From: Laetmonice hystrix | Taxonomy: Eukaryota | Assembly (NCBI GenBank): GCA_965235115.1 | Contig: OZ249436.1 | Location: 49,292,001-49,356,000 of the forward strand | Length of the DNA stretch: 64,000 bases | Direction of reading: 5' to 3' | Shown: positions 50,184 through 62,900 of the stretch, in pieces | Position numbering within the stretch: the first letter of the stretch is position 1 | Layout: each line of letters begins with the position of its first letter | Notes under the pieces: model-generated | The model's input: only the letters and a program-made list of their open reading frames with translations | Database searches by the model: none | What the model was told of the DNA's origin: nothing | Made by a program: the position numbers and the translations under genes

Positions 50184-51955
50184 CGTGAGGAAAACATCTC
50201 TCCCCCAGGGCGTCCAACTTAGGTCATTAAAGGCGGGCGTACGCTGTGTCGCTGTAGTGTAAGAAAAAACTGTCTCTCTGTCCCTCTCTGTCTCTCTGTG
50301 TCTGTTTCTGTCTCTCTCTGTCTCTCTGCATCTGTGTCTCTCTGTCTCTCTCCCTCTGTCTCTCACTCACTTACTCACTCACTATCTCTGTCTCCCTCTG
50401 TCTCTCACTCACTCACTCTCTCTCTCTCGCGCGCTCCACAACCGCAGAAACCTATACACATGCACTCCCCCACGCATTGGTTGTGTGTTTCTTAACATAG
50501 CGGGATCCGATGTCAGGAACGGTAGTCCACGCCCCACCCCCACCACTGTGTTGTCAAGGAACAGGATACAAGTAACCTGGCGAGGTGATGCATTGTAGCA
50601 TTAGCACTTACCTATCGACTTGCCGTACTGGTTACGCGATGATATATAGTGTGGGGTTCGTATGGCACGGATGCTTACGATCAGTCGCTCGAACCCTAGG
50701 TCCGCCCACGACAGGTATCTCACGAAGGAAGTTAACAAAATTCTCCAGTTATCGATGCAAGAATGATGGGGTTCTTACGGGGGTCTGGTAGTGACCCTTG
50801 CCATGTCGGACAGAGGAAGGCGGCCCCTACAGGTGGGGGGGGGGGGGTAGTTTTGTTCACACTTCCCGCCTCGCCCTCAATGATGACACATGCACTGGCC
50901 ATACTCCCTTGTGGTATAGGTCCCCCTACCCTTCAATAATTTTGATTTTTCTCAACTTCTGATATCCTCGACTTTCAAATAGTTGTTATAGCTACTCCAA
51001 ACATGTAGTTAATTTATGCCAATAGAAAATATATATGCCAGTTGTCTTAGGAATTTGCTATCCTTGTGGTTTGAAATATTCGGTTATAATTTGGAAACAG
51101 TTTTTAAGGAAGCCTGGCATGTAGGTGTACCTAATTTGCACTCATATTTAAAAAAACTCGTTACCCCAGAGATTTTCTAAAGCACACGAGAAAGTCAAAC
51201 TTTCGGCAGGCAATGTCAAATACATTAGACTCTATACTCCAATTAGCCTAAAGTCAAACTGTTCAAGGTTTTATCCGGAAACAAGATTTAGCCTCCCCAC
51301 CCTTAAAAACCCTTTCTGACCGGGCTCCCATCCTGCCTTGGGTCTATGCCCCTCAGCCCGGAGGTCGATAAAGTGGCGGATGGCATACCAAATCTAGAAG
51401 TCAGACCAACCAGATTCACCAGGTATTTCGTCGTTGTCGCCATAGTTTGGAAATATCCCCAATTATCGCCCAGGGACGCTGAGTTGGCGTTGTGTAAAAC
51501 GAGACGTGCAATTAGAGAGAGAAGGGGGGCGAATGGCACGTATTAATCAGTGTCTTCTCCCAACGAAATGCAACCTGCCCTCGACGAACGAAGGGGCTCA
51601 GTGGCCCACCAAAGTGGCTCTATTGATGTCCCTCTCTATGTTGGCCTGGCGACAAAACGTCAGCCCGACCATCTTGTCGTCAGGCATTGTAAGCAGATTT
51701 CTCCCAAGTGTTCGAACCATGCAGTATGTCATTCTGTCAATATGGACGGACATAGGACAAGGGCCTACAGACTCAGACAAAAGGACATGGTCCGTCTGGT
51801 ATTAATAAATAGTAGGCCTACGTCTGTAGTAAGGAGAAAACATGTAGGCCAATGAGGGGCATCGTTATTTTCTAACCAATCATAAACAACCTTGAATACG
51901 ACGCTTCAGCCAGTTTGATTGTAAGGTGGGGCCACGTACGCCTTCATGACGTTTG

Positions 51956-52139
51956 CAGGGCCGTATACACAGCCTAAAAATGCTAAGGGGTGGAGACCTG
52001 GGTTCAGAAGGACACCCTGATCACAAGGATGAATTCACACCCTTAAAAAGGGCACCTGCTCGTAAGAAGGGCACTTTTTCGCCATGATTACTGAGGGGGG
52101 GGGGGGGGCAGCTGCCATTCCCCCCTTGGTACGGCCTTG
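51956..52139. mobile_element. Degenerate CAGGGCCGTA-type MITE
   Basis: cagggccgta...tacggccttg termini; G/C runs; no TSD recognised. Confidence 0.55.
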
Positions 52140-54530
52140 GCTAGGAACTGTTTCTTCGATCTATTTGACTAAAAGGCCTGATCCACAGACCGATTTACGG
52201 CCGATTTTGAGATACGGCCGATTTTTCTCCATAGTTTTCCTATAATATTCACCCCTTTATATAGGGTAGGCCTACCCACAATGTTTGCCAAAAAATTGTA
52301 CGTCTTGGGCGCCAAGAGGAAATAGAGTTTGATTTATGACTTTATAAATCCTACATGGACGTCGGCAGCAATGTTGGCAGGTGCCCTCCCCTTCCATACC
52401 CTTCACTGGTAGACCCAGGAGTTTACTATGGGGGGGGGGGGGGCACAGGAAGACATTCATGATTGTTTGCGTTATACTAATGCTCTTTTGTTGGATGTAG
52501 GTTTCTGTTATAAGTTACAACCATTTGCTTCATCTTGCCCACTCATGCTGCGATTATTTAATTTAAAATATGTAATTATGGAATTGGGGAAGCTCAAGGG
52601 GGACACGTGCCCCTATGACCCCCCCCCCCCCGATCCGCCTATGCCCTTCGAAAGGCACATATTTCCAAGGAGCATATAGGCCTAAGGCCAAACTCTTTAA
52701 TGTAGCCTATTTAGTATACCAAAGAGGTGCCACGGTTACTATTTTCATTGTTCTGCCTTGTCATAGGTCCTCACCTCTTGTGCACAGAGCCGGGTTTCCA
52801 TGTGTACGTTTCCGTTATCCGTTTCCCATTCGATCGTTTATGCCTATTTCCTAGGTAAGCGTTTCCATGTGTCTACAGATGCCCTGATGTTGGTGTTAAA
52901 TCTTCCCTGCCTCACACCTGTTAGGCCTACTCTAGCCCAATAATAATGGCGAATATTGATGCCCTGATGTTGGCGTTTTTAACCGCTCTTAATTTAGTTG
53001 ATATATACGATCTATGAAAAAGTCAACGTGTATAGATTCTAGTATAGAAAGCGCGTCGCACTGACCTGACGTCCTATGAAAAAACGTCTAGTTAAAAACT
53101 CGGGCGCGTGGAACCATAGCTCGAGTGATTCCCTAACGAGCGAGCTGACATGGTGATTCATGGACGCGCCTTGGGGATGCATTCGACACCCTCTCAATCA
53201 GGCTAAACAAGACACTATGGATACACGTGTACACACGAATTCTTTTATCTAGGCCAGGGTGTACCCGACTTACGTCATGCCGACACGACTGAGGTGCCGC
53301 TTGATTTGGCACAGGCTGAGCCGAAACTTCTGGAAGTGGTGGTGCCTGGTGAGGATAGGCTCGTCTTGATGGCACTTACTGACAATGCTGACGAGGAACA
53401 CTACCTACACACGACCTTTACGGCTTTAATACCCCAGTCAGAAACACTGGGTTTGGCAGCAGGTTGAAACTTTTCGACCGTAGACAGTAATGTCCCAGCC
53501 TGGAGATGTGACGTCAGCCTAAGGTAGGTCTAGACCGACGTCTTCTCGAAACGTCATAGAAACGATCGCTATGACAGCGGTCATAGACCAGCCTATATTG
53601 ATCTAGGATTTGCCCAACGCCCACTTTGAATTGGTATTTAAGGCGCCATTTTTTTCACAGCGTCTGCTTGAAAACTCGGTAATGAGGAAAGCCGGCCTAT
53701 TCGGGTTGCTATCGTACCTGCATGTGTGTGTTTATTTCTGTGAAGGTCTGTAGCCTTCTCTCCAGTCTCAACTGTTGAAGTGGCAGTCGTAAAAAAGCTA
53801 CAAGGCAATGAACGCTTGAATAACATATTGCAGTAGATTATGATTTGAAAGAAACTGCGGCATTTCTGCCTTTTGTTAATTCTATAGCTCCATTATTGTG
53901 GAGAAATATGTTTTATCAAAGAGTGACGAACACGATGGCATATGGAGCGTATCCATATAGGCATAGTAAATCATGTGGGGTATTAAATAGACAAAGTGTG
54001 TAGCTGGAATGCAGCAAAAAGCTACATCTGTGGTCGTATACACACATGAAACAGCTGTGGTCGTATACACACGTGAATTAAATTCATCAACTTGGAGTCT
54101 GATTAAGGACTGATCTGGCCAGTTGAAATCCGTGATCAGCTTTGGATCACTGATCAGTTGGATCAGTGACTGTCACTATTGTGAAATTAATTTGGTATAT
54201 ATGCCAATTATACATATGGTATACATTACGTATTGACGGGCACTTGGCTGCCAGATGGCTTCAAACTGAATAGGCCACTATAATTAAAGGCATTCCGTCC
54301 CAGGTTAATGCAATCGATTCACAAATAACTCGAATTGAAAGGATGCTCTAAATATCTTTTCTATCACTTGGGTACCTTACCGCGTCGATATCGACAAGTA
54401 TTTTTTGTTAAACACGCAATAATAAAATAATAGAAACATGCGTGCCACTAATAGTCATGCCATATACACTCGACCCACCGTCGACTGACTTCGTCATGTC
54501 TTGGCTGTACGACGGAGGTCGCCATGTTGC

Positions 54531-54617
54531 GGTGGGGGTGGGTGGGGGTGGGTGGGGGTAGCCCACTCCCCACTCCCCACTCCCCACTCCCCACTCCCCA
54601 CTCCCCACTCCCCACTC
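54531..54617. repeat. G-rich tract followed by (CCCCACT)x8
   Basis: ggtgggggtgggtgggggtgggtggggg abutting ccccact repeats. Confidence 0.9.
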
Positions 54618-55888
54618 AGCCTGTGTCGGGCAGAGTTAGATTATCTGGTTTGCTCGCAGGTGAAGACGAGACTTTTGCCTCCACGGTAGAAAATTCGGAG
54701 GATAGGTATGTTGAGAAATTAAATTTGAACTATGTACCGTACCTGTGCGTAGGGGGAAATTCGACTATTTACTGCTCATCTATTCATGCGCGATGCCTCT
54801 TCACACGACTTTGCGCAAATATTTTAATTACGGTCAACACGCATGCGCGCCCCGCGCTGCAGGTTGTTCGAGGTGATTGGAGGAGATCTGCAGTTGTCAC
54901 AGCCGGTAGTATACGTTTCAAACCTTCAACTTCGATCTATAATTCAACTACACTGCTCGAAAAACAGTCTTGTAGTAAGGATACAACGTATCGGAAATCT
55001 GAAGAGTTTCTGTAGGACCTAGACTACATAACATTCATAAGTCCACGGTCCAGGCCGTGTTGACATGCCTTATCACACTCCGCCGCGTCTGACCTAGTTT
55101 AGAAGATGGGCATGATGGCTGCCACCTTTTGGCTGGCACTTTTTTCATAATCAAGGAAGTACAATACTTTTATGTTATCACAAATGTCTAAATGACTAAA
55201 ATGGCATAATATATTTGAGTCAAGGTAAGCATGACATCGGCGGACAAAGAGTTGGGAGGGGGTGGACGGGAGGGGAACGGAATGCCTTTAAAGAAATTTC
55301 CCAATCTGAACATCATTGCTTGTTGACTGTTTACATATAAACCATATTGGATTGAATGTCATTGACCCCCTTTTATTTTCCCCCTTTTTCAAGTAAAGCG
55401 CAGGGACGTTTCTCCTCCGCTTCGTTTGACCCCATAAGTTTTCCTTGCATTGATGCATATCCGAAACTTACAAATGAATACTATGTTTCCTGTGAGAATG
55501 TTATATAATATCCGCGTTCGTCAATGCTGATCTCATTTGGAACACCTAGACTTCCGTTTCCGCTTCGCTACTGTTCTAGTCTCGGACCTCGCAAGATGTA
55601 TAGAGATGGTGGTCAGATTTTATTATTCTATTTATTAGGCGTTCGGCCGCATTACAAATCGCGTAGTGCGCAAAGTAGTTCACAGAACGTCGGTATTATT
55701 CCCAGCGCGGGATTATTCGTCGAGAAAAATGGAAAATTTCCGAAAACTGTCTCGAATGTTCTTAGCAGCTGCGACACATTCAGTTTCGCAGTAGATCTCT
55801 ATTTATGAAACCATATGACATTACTAGCTTGTGCCGACATAGACAGCGTATCCGTCCCAGTATTGAGACGGACGTCGACATTCACTAA

Positions 55889-56612
55889 CCTTACCCCAAT
55901 GGGTGATTTCTGTCATCACTCCGTACTACGGAGCCTTACCCCAATGGGTGATTTCTGTCATCACTCCGTACTACGGAGCCTTACCCCAGTGGGTGATTTC
56001 TGTCATCACTCCGTACTACGGAGCCTTACCCCAATGGGTGATTTCTGTCATCACTCCGTACTACGGAGCCTTACCCCAATGGGTGATTTCTGTCATCACT
56101 CCGTACTACGGAGCCTTACCCCAATGGGAGATTTCTGTCATCACTCCGTACTACGGAGCCTTACCCCAATGGGTGATTTCTGTCATCACTCCGTACTACG
56201 GAGCCTTACCCCAATGGGTGATTTCTGTCATCACTCCGTACTACGGAGCCTTACCCCAATGGGAGATTTCTGTCATCACTCCGTACTACGGAGCCTTACC
56301 CCAATGGGAGATTTCTGTCATCACTCCGTACTACGGAGCCTTACCCCAATGGGTGATTTCTGTCATCACTCCGTACTACGGAGCCTTACCCCAATGGGAG
56401 ATTTCTGTCACCACTCCGTACTACGGAGCCTTACCCCAGTGGGTGATTTCTGTCACCACTCCGTACGACGGAGCCTTACCCCAATGCATGGGTGATTTCT
56501 GTCACCACTCCGTACTACGGAGCCTTACCCCAATGGGTGATTTCTGTCACCACTCCGTACTACGGAGCCTTACCCCAATGGGGGATTTCTGTCATCACTC
56601 CGTACTACGGAG
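55889..56612. repeat. 45-bp minisatellite, 16 copies
   Basis: ccttaccccaatgggtgatttctgtcatcactccgtactacggag; one unit has a 4-nt insertion near 56486. Confidence 0.98.
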
Positions 56613-56842
56613 ACAATCTGTCGTAATTTCTGTCATTTCACAACTGACCAAGTGCGCCGATGTTCACGTTTCATGTGATTCAGCAGACAATATCAGCTGC
56701 CAGTGATAGCCATCTTTTCTTTTAGTAGTAGACTATTATGTGCGGTTATTACGGTTTCGAAAAAGTGTTAAGCGAGCTCGCTCATTGCAGGCCAAGCTGA
56801 GCGAGGCCTGTGACATAATCATAGACATAGCCTATAGGCTAG

Positions 56843-57023
56843 CAGTGCCGGATCCAGGATTCTTAGAAAGGGGGGGGGGGGCGTAAGCCCCTGGAGAAGA
56901 TTGCGAGCGCCGAAGGCGCAAAGCCCCAGGGGGGGGGGGTCTGGGGGACCTTCCAGTCTCAAAAAATCATTACTCTGCCAAAAATAGGGGGCGTATGCCC
57001 CCCCCCCCTTGGATCCGGCCCTG
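56843..57023. mobile_element. 181-bp CAG...CTG MITE with 5-bp TSD GCTAG
   Basis: gctag|CAGTGCCGGATCCAGG...CTTGGATCCGGCCCTG|gctag. Confidence 0.85.
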
Positions 57024-57908
57024 GCTAGCGTAGACATACACTGCGAGGTATCGTATGCTGATAAACAATGGAAATGTCAACATCCTAAATCGTAGGCCCC
57101 CGAACTAGTTTACTGAATAGATTTTCTTTGACCGCTAATCTACTGTCAGGGGTATCAAGCGGATATCTGCATTAAACAAGCCAGACAGTGATTGTCTTTC
57201 ACCTTTGTCGGTGTGTCGGCCGTCGCCATTTGGACCACGTTGCGTCACGTGATAAAAGAAGATCCAACATGGTGACGATCGTGCGATGGCCGAGAGCAAT
57301 GTCCCGAACAGTCTCGAGGTGAGCCAGTATTCCATTTGCAAGAGGACTGTCCGAAAATGTGTGCACAAAAAGTGGTGACGTCACCAAGGGAAAACACCGA
57401 AAATGATAAGGTCACTGTTCTGAGCGCGTGATACATTAATCAATGATAGCGGTAGATGCACTAGAATGGAAGAAGGTGTACGAATCAATTGAGTAGAAGA
57501 TGATTTTGGCCATGAGCCAAGTACTTGCATTCTCCCACACTTCTCCAACAGGTCGCCATCTTGGTCGGGAACATTCTCAAGTAAAATAACTGTTTAATTT
57601 TTAATTTGTAGAAGCTCAGAACACGTGGTCATCGTTAGAGCGAGAGTGTGAATAAAAAATAATTAATGGTTTAGAAAAGCGTTGTTTGACCTTGTAGATG
57701 CATCGTCAGTCAATGTCCATAAGAGAATCCATTATTGTTGTCGGATATACCATTAGCGAACAAAAGTAGGCAGTTGTTCTCATTATTGATGGTTTGACCC
57801 TAATTGTGACCGAGCTATGATATATTTCATCATTCCTTGTTTCTATTAGGTCGACTTCTACCCCCGATCAATATCCGGGATGGGCGTGTGATAGATATTA
57901 TAGGCCTA

Positions 57909-58225
57909 CACTGGGGATACAGGGGCCCAGGGGGCCTGCCCCCTAAATTTTCCTTCCTCCTTTTTTTAAGAAGATGCATTATTCGGACCCAGAAACCAGG
58001 ATTCCAACAAAATTCTTTTAAAAAGCCTCCTATATTGCACGTGATAGTAACATCGGGCCCAAAAGGGCCTCCTCAGTCATCCAGGAGCAACATAACTCTG
58101 GGCCTCTGGGCTATGTTGAATTAGAACAAAAGGGGCCCAAAATGGCCATAATCACAATAAAATCATGCCGAGCGTAGCGAGGGTAAATCTCTTTTAGGTG
58201 GCCCCCTTATCAAAATCCCCCACTG
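57909..58225. mobile_element. MITE, same family as 49922-50183
   Basis: Shared core; ends cactgggga...tcccccactg; flanks ggccta/ggcctg. Confidence 0.8.
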
Positions 58226-58865
58226 GGCCTGCAACAAGTGTATCTAGTAAACCCCTATAGCCGAGAGAAACGGATGGTGCCTCCAAGTCTGGCCAGTTTC
58301 CGAACTGCTGGAGCTGGCCATATGAAAAGATACTTAATTAGACTCGTTTACGGATTATTAGAGCAATAAAGTTGTTATATTAATCACCTTTTGGGTAAAA
58401 CAACATAGCTTGTATTCGTCAACAATGCTGTGAAGATAACATATAGGCCTGGGTGGTCATAAAATAGAAGAACGTGGAGGGGAACAATTATCTCTGGTAT
58501 CATCTGCAAAATATTTGTTCGTCCGTGCAGGGTGTTGAAACAACAATGCCGAATTAGAACACCTTCCAGATACTAGAATCTAGATGAAAACAAAGTTAAT
58601 TCTCAGTTGATCTTTCTCGATTGCTACGGTGATAGACTAATGGCGTTTTCCGCGAGTTTTCTGGTGCCTCAATTACAGCAGGCGGCACAGAGGTTGCGCA
58701 TGTGGTCTTCTGTTTGTGTAAGGCGAGGGGGCATGATGAATTTTACAGGTCATCAATCGTTCTCTGCTCGCTTTTACCGCCATATCCGCACTTGAGGGCG
58801 GCCATTAGCATCAAATGTGTCACTTTGGAAATAACTTCACATACACGAACACCATCGGGTGAATG

Positions 58866-59657
58866 CCAGTCAGGACCCTCTGGTTGGAACCATTGCAGAG
58901 GCCAGTGAGGACGCTCTGGTTGGAACCATTGTAGAGGCCAGTGAGGACGCTCTGGTTGGAACCATTGTAGAGGCCAGTGAGGACGCTCTGGTTGGAACCA
59001 TTGTAGAGGCCAGTGAGGACCCTCTGGTTGGAACCATTGTAGAGGCCAGTGAGGACCCTCTGGTTGGAACCATTGTAGAGGCCAGTGAGGACGCTCTGGT
59101 TGGAACCATTGTAGAGGCCAGTCAGGACCCTCTGGTTGGAACCATTGTAGAGGCCAGTGAGGACCCTCTGGTTGGAACCATTGTAGAGGCCAGTGAGGAC
59201 CCTCTGGTTGGAACCATTGTAGAGGCCAGTGAGGACGCTCTGGTTGGAACCATTGTAGAGGCCAGTCAGGACCCTCTGGTTGGAACCATTGTAGAGGCCA
59301 GTGAGGACCCTCTGGTTGGAACCATTGTAGAGGCCAGTGAGGACCCTCTGGTTGGAACCATTGTAGAGGCCAGTCAGGACCCTCTGGTTGGAACCATTGT
59401 AGAGGCCAGTGAGGACCCTCTGGTTGGAACCATTGTAGAGGCCAGTGAGGACCCTCTGGTTGGAACCATTGTAGAGGCCAGTCAGGACCCTCTGGTTGGA
59501 ACCATTGTAGAGGCCAGTGAGGACCCTCTGGTTGGAACCATTGTAGAGGCCAGTGAGGACGCTCTGGTTGGAACCATTATAGAGGCCAGTGAGGACCCTC
59601 TGGTTGGAACCATTGTAGAGGTCAGTGAGGACGCTCTGGTTGGAACCATTGTAGAGG
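58866..59657. repeat. 36-bp minisatellite, ~22 copies
   Basis: gccagtgaggaccctctggttggaaccattgtagag repeated. Confidence 0.98.
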
Positions 59658-59844
59658 TAACATTGGCCTGGGGAGTCAAGGTCACCAAACCTTTCGACCG
59701 AGGCTATCCGGACGGTACCCGACATGTAACCACAACGTTTGGGCGCTTCCCTGCAGTCACCTGTTGATCCGCTATGAGAGAGACAGAAAATGAGAGAGGG
59801 AGGGAGAGAGAGCAAGAGAGAGGGGGGGAGAGGGAGAGGAGGAG

Positions 59845-59906
<62 letters not shown>

Positions 59907-62900
59907 GGGGGGGAGAGGCAGAAGGGAGAGAGAGGGAGAGAAAGAGAGCGAGAGGGAGAGAAAGAGAGAGAGGGGGGAGAGGAGAGAGAGAGTGAGAGAG
60001 AGAGGGGGAGAGAGAACGGAGAGAGAGGGAGAGAGAGAGGGGGAGGGAGAGGGAAAGAGAGGAGGGAGAGAGACAGAGAAAGGTATCGCGAAGGTAAACA
60101 CACCATGCAACGTTCTCTCCATGCAGCCATTCCTTCCATTACACCATTACACGTACTACCGTTCTTCGTGGATTATAAGAAAGCGAAGACGTTAATGAAA
60201 TTTGTTTCAACCCCGAGAATCTCTTAAGCCAAGCCAGATGGCACAGGTCCCAGGCTTTTTTCGTCTGTTGAGCGTTGCTTATAACTCCGACAAACCATTT
60301 TCGATTCACGATAATCTTCTCCGAATTTCACATTATTACAGTTATTTCATCATTTTACGTACTATTTTCTGAAATTTGTAAGTGGTTTGCATTTTGAACG
60401 TTCATATGCGCGGTCAGCCCAGTATCAGAGGCTATAGGCTATACATGTTTGAATTCACAAGTCTTTTCACGTGTTGAGCAAAATTATTCAGTAAGGAAAT
60501 TCTATGGCTGCCTACATGTTTAGAAGAAACAATGTTATAAAAATCCACCTTTAGAAGAAAGAGAAGGCGGCGACCACCAGGTCAGTGTTCCATGGGGACA
60601 GATTATATTTGTTCGGCACCTCACTAATCTAGACATGACATCATGCGAAAAGATTTAAATGATTTACAGCGTATTTCTTTTTCATAACATTTGCAAAAGG
60701 CAACGAATGTCATTATTTGCCAAATACGATAGCATTTGTGAAGCAATTAATCTCTCGTCATTCAAAGTAAGCAATGATGAAGTGTGCCGTGTGTGTATTC
60801 GCCAGCCGGGTCGAACGGGTGGCACAAATTTATGTCCAGTCTCTTGTATCAGCCCATGTCCTGATTGGATCTTAAAATGTCTTTAGAATGGGGAATTGGC
60901 AGGTTTACCATTACCTCTAGACCACGGGGAATCTCTGTAAGTAATACTAATAATATTACGACGGTGGTTTGACCCATCCGGGCAAACTCGCATTAAGATC
61001 TTCGTGTAGTTTTTCCAACTCTGCGTTGAGCCGTGCCTGTCGGGCGTAGAATCACTACATGCAGTTTCCACAGGAGCCTTCTCACCGATCCTGACAACCT
61101 TTGTCTTACTCCCATTCCAATTAGTTAATATAAATGCCCCTTACATGATTGTCACCATATGGACCACTCGGACAGTCACGGAAAGGGAAGGCGTTGAAAG
61201 TAAAGATATTTCCTGGGACAAAATTCTTCGCGGAAGTCAAAATATACACGCCTCCTGTATGTCCTCCAACTGGACATTTTAAAATATCATTTCATGCAGT
61301 CATGGCTGTAGTTATAAGGGGGAACTCCGCCTACTACATAACTCACTCTGCCGGGAGTAGACATGTCGATCTAATTGATCACCATCAAGCCAATGGTTTG
61401 TAAATAGGCATAATCCTACAAACATTTACTTGGTGGTAATTACGCTTCCAAGCTCTGGCCACCAAAACCAAAAGAAAAAAATCCGATTGCGTCAGCATTG
61501 CAGTTATAGGATATAGTAACGGTTTCCGCCACCAGGGAACCACACGTGCAGACGTTCCGTACCTTTCGTTTAAGGGGTCATGGTTCAATATGCCATTTCG
61601 TTCTTCACAACCAAGGTAAGTCTACGGTTTACAGAATGTAAACAGTATCTGGAAATTCATAAGATAAATTACGATCTGTCAATTTTTTTGTAGAAGTCAA
61701 TGTAAAAATCAATGAAGAAGATCCGGTATTTGGGCTAATGTAGGCCTACTGGGATCTTCGAGAATTCCCCAATTTAATGAGATAGAATATTATTAAGTAT
61801 AGGTTCTTTTCACTTATTTGATTTGGACTGACTAATACCAAAGATCCACCAATTTTTGGTGGTGGGGTTAGGACTATAAAGTAGGCTACCTTTCGTCACA
61901 TGTTGTCTCACTGATTGATGACAATTCCCCAATTATCGCTCATTTTAAGGATATTCAGCATGTGTCGCACGTGTCACTTCACTTTATTTACGGATTAGTG
62001 TCTTCAAAGTCTATGATTCACACTTTCACCTACATAAAATCGGATATGGCCTAGAGCCTTGCAGTCACATTGGATTTTATGTCAGCGAAACTTGTGTGAG
62101 AAAACATTTCTGACTTTGACATTTAAAACAGTAACATCATTTCTCGGCGTTACTATGTGGTTACCGAATTTTGATGGAATTGTAACCAGTAGTTTCAGTG
62201 TTATCGTACCTCGACAAAAAGGCCGCCACTCTTAAAAATCTTCACTTACCTGAAGTTCATCGAACCACCGACAATATTGAAAGATCTTAAATAATAATAA
62301 TAAAAGGTAGGCGTTATATGGAACACTTGAACAAGATTTCAGGCATCAATAACGTCCCTAATCAAAATATATCACCTGTGCCTCGGAGGAGACAAGTTTA
62401 CCGGATCTTGGCGGTCCTTCACAATCAACACTCTAATTACAAAGAAGAATCTTAATTGATTTTGCTCAGCGTCACATTCGTGATTACGAATTGCATTCAT
62501 GTTTTTGTAAGTATTAATGAAATTTTGATGACCATCTGAAGAAGTTATCATGTAGTATCACGCGCAGTTTCATCGAACGCTTTTACCCTTACGCTACGGT
62601 TTTTGCTTCCGATTTGGATGAACTATGGGTATCAATGATGCCGTTTTTCTGTCTATGGTCTTTTATCCCGCTGACGAATAAAAATTAATTTGACAAAAAT
62701 CAATCGTATCTTTGTGAAAACTGCCTATAGACATATCTTATTCCCCACCCAGTTCTCTGCTGAAATTGTTTTTGTTATTGTGTTCCTTCATCTCCTTGTT
62801 TTTCTCTCTGTGTATATATTTTCTTTCTTTTTATATTTATGTTCTGATATTTTGATACAAAACAACCACCACGGTCTGTACACTTTCACATACATTGTCA

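Noticed and set aside
51303..51855. Overlapping 60-100-aa ORFs (similar at 37780-38424, 54524-55015 and 63056-63989)
   Set aside because: No recognisable domain and no consistent exon chain.
55815..56706. ORFs of (LTPMGDFCHHSVLRS)n or (WVISVITPYYGALPQ)n
   Set aside because: A by-product of a 45-bp unit; a 4-nt insertion near 56486 breaks the frame and there is no domain context.
59772..60227. ER/SL-repeat ORFs (also at 15.5, 22.5, 32.5, 48.9 and 50.3 kb) and poly-Ser at 30.8 kb
   Set aside because: Microsatellite translations.
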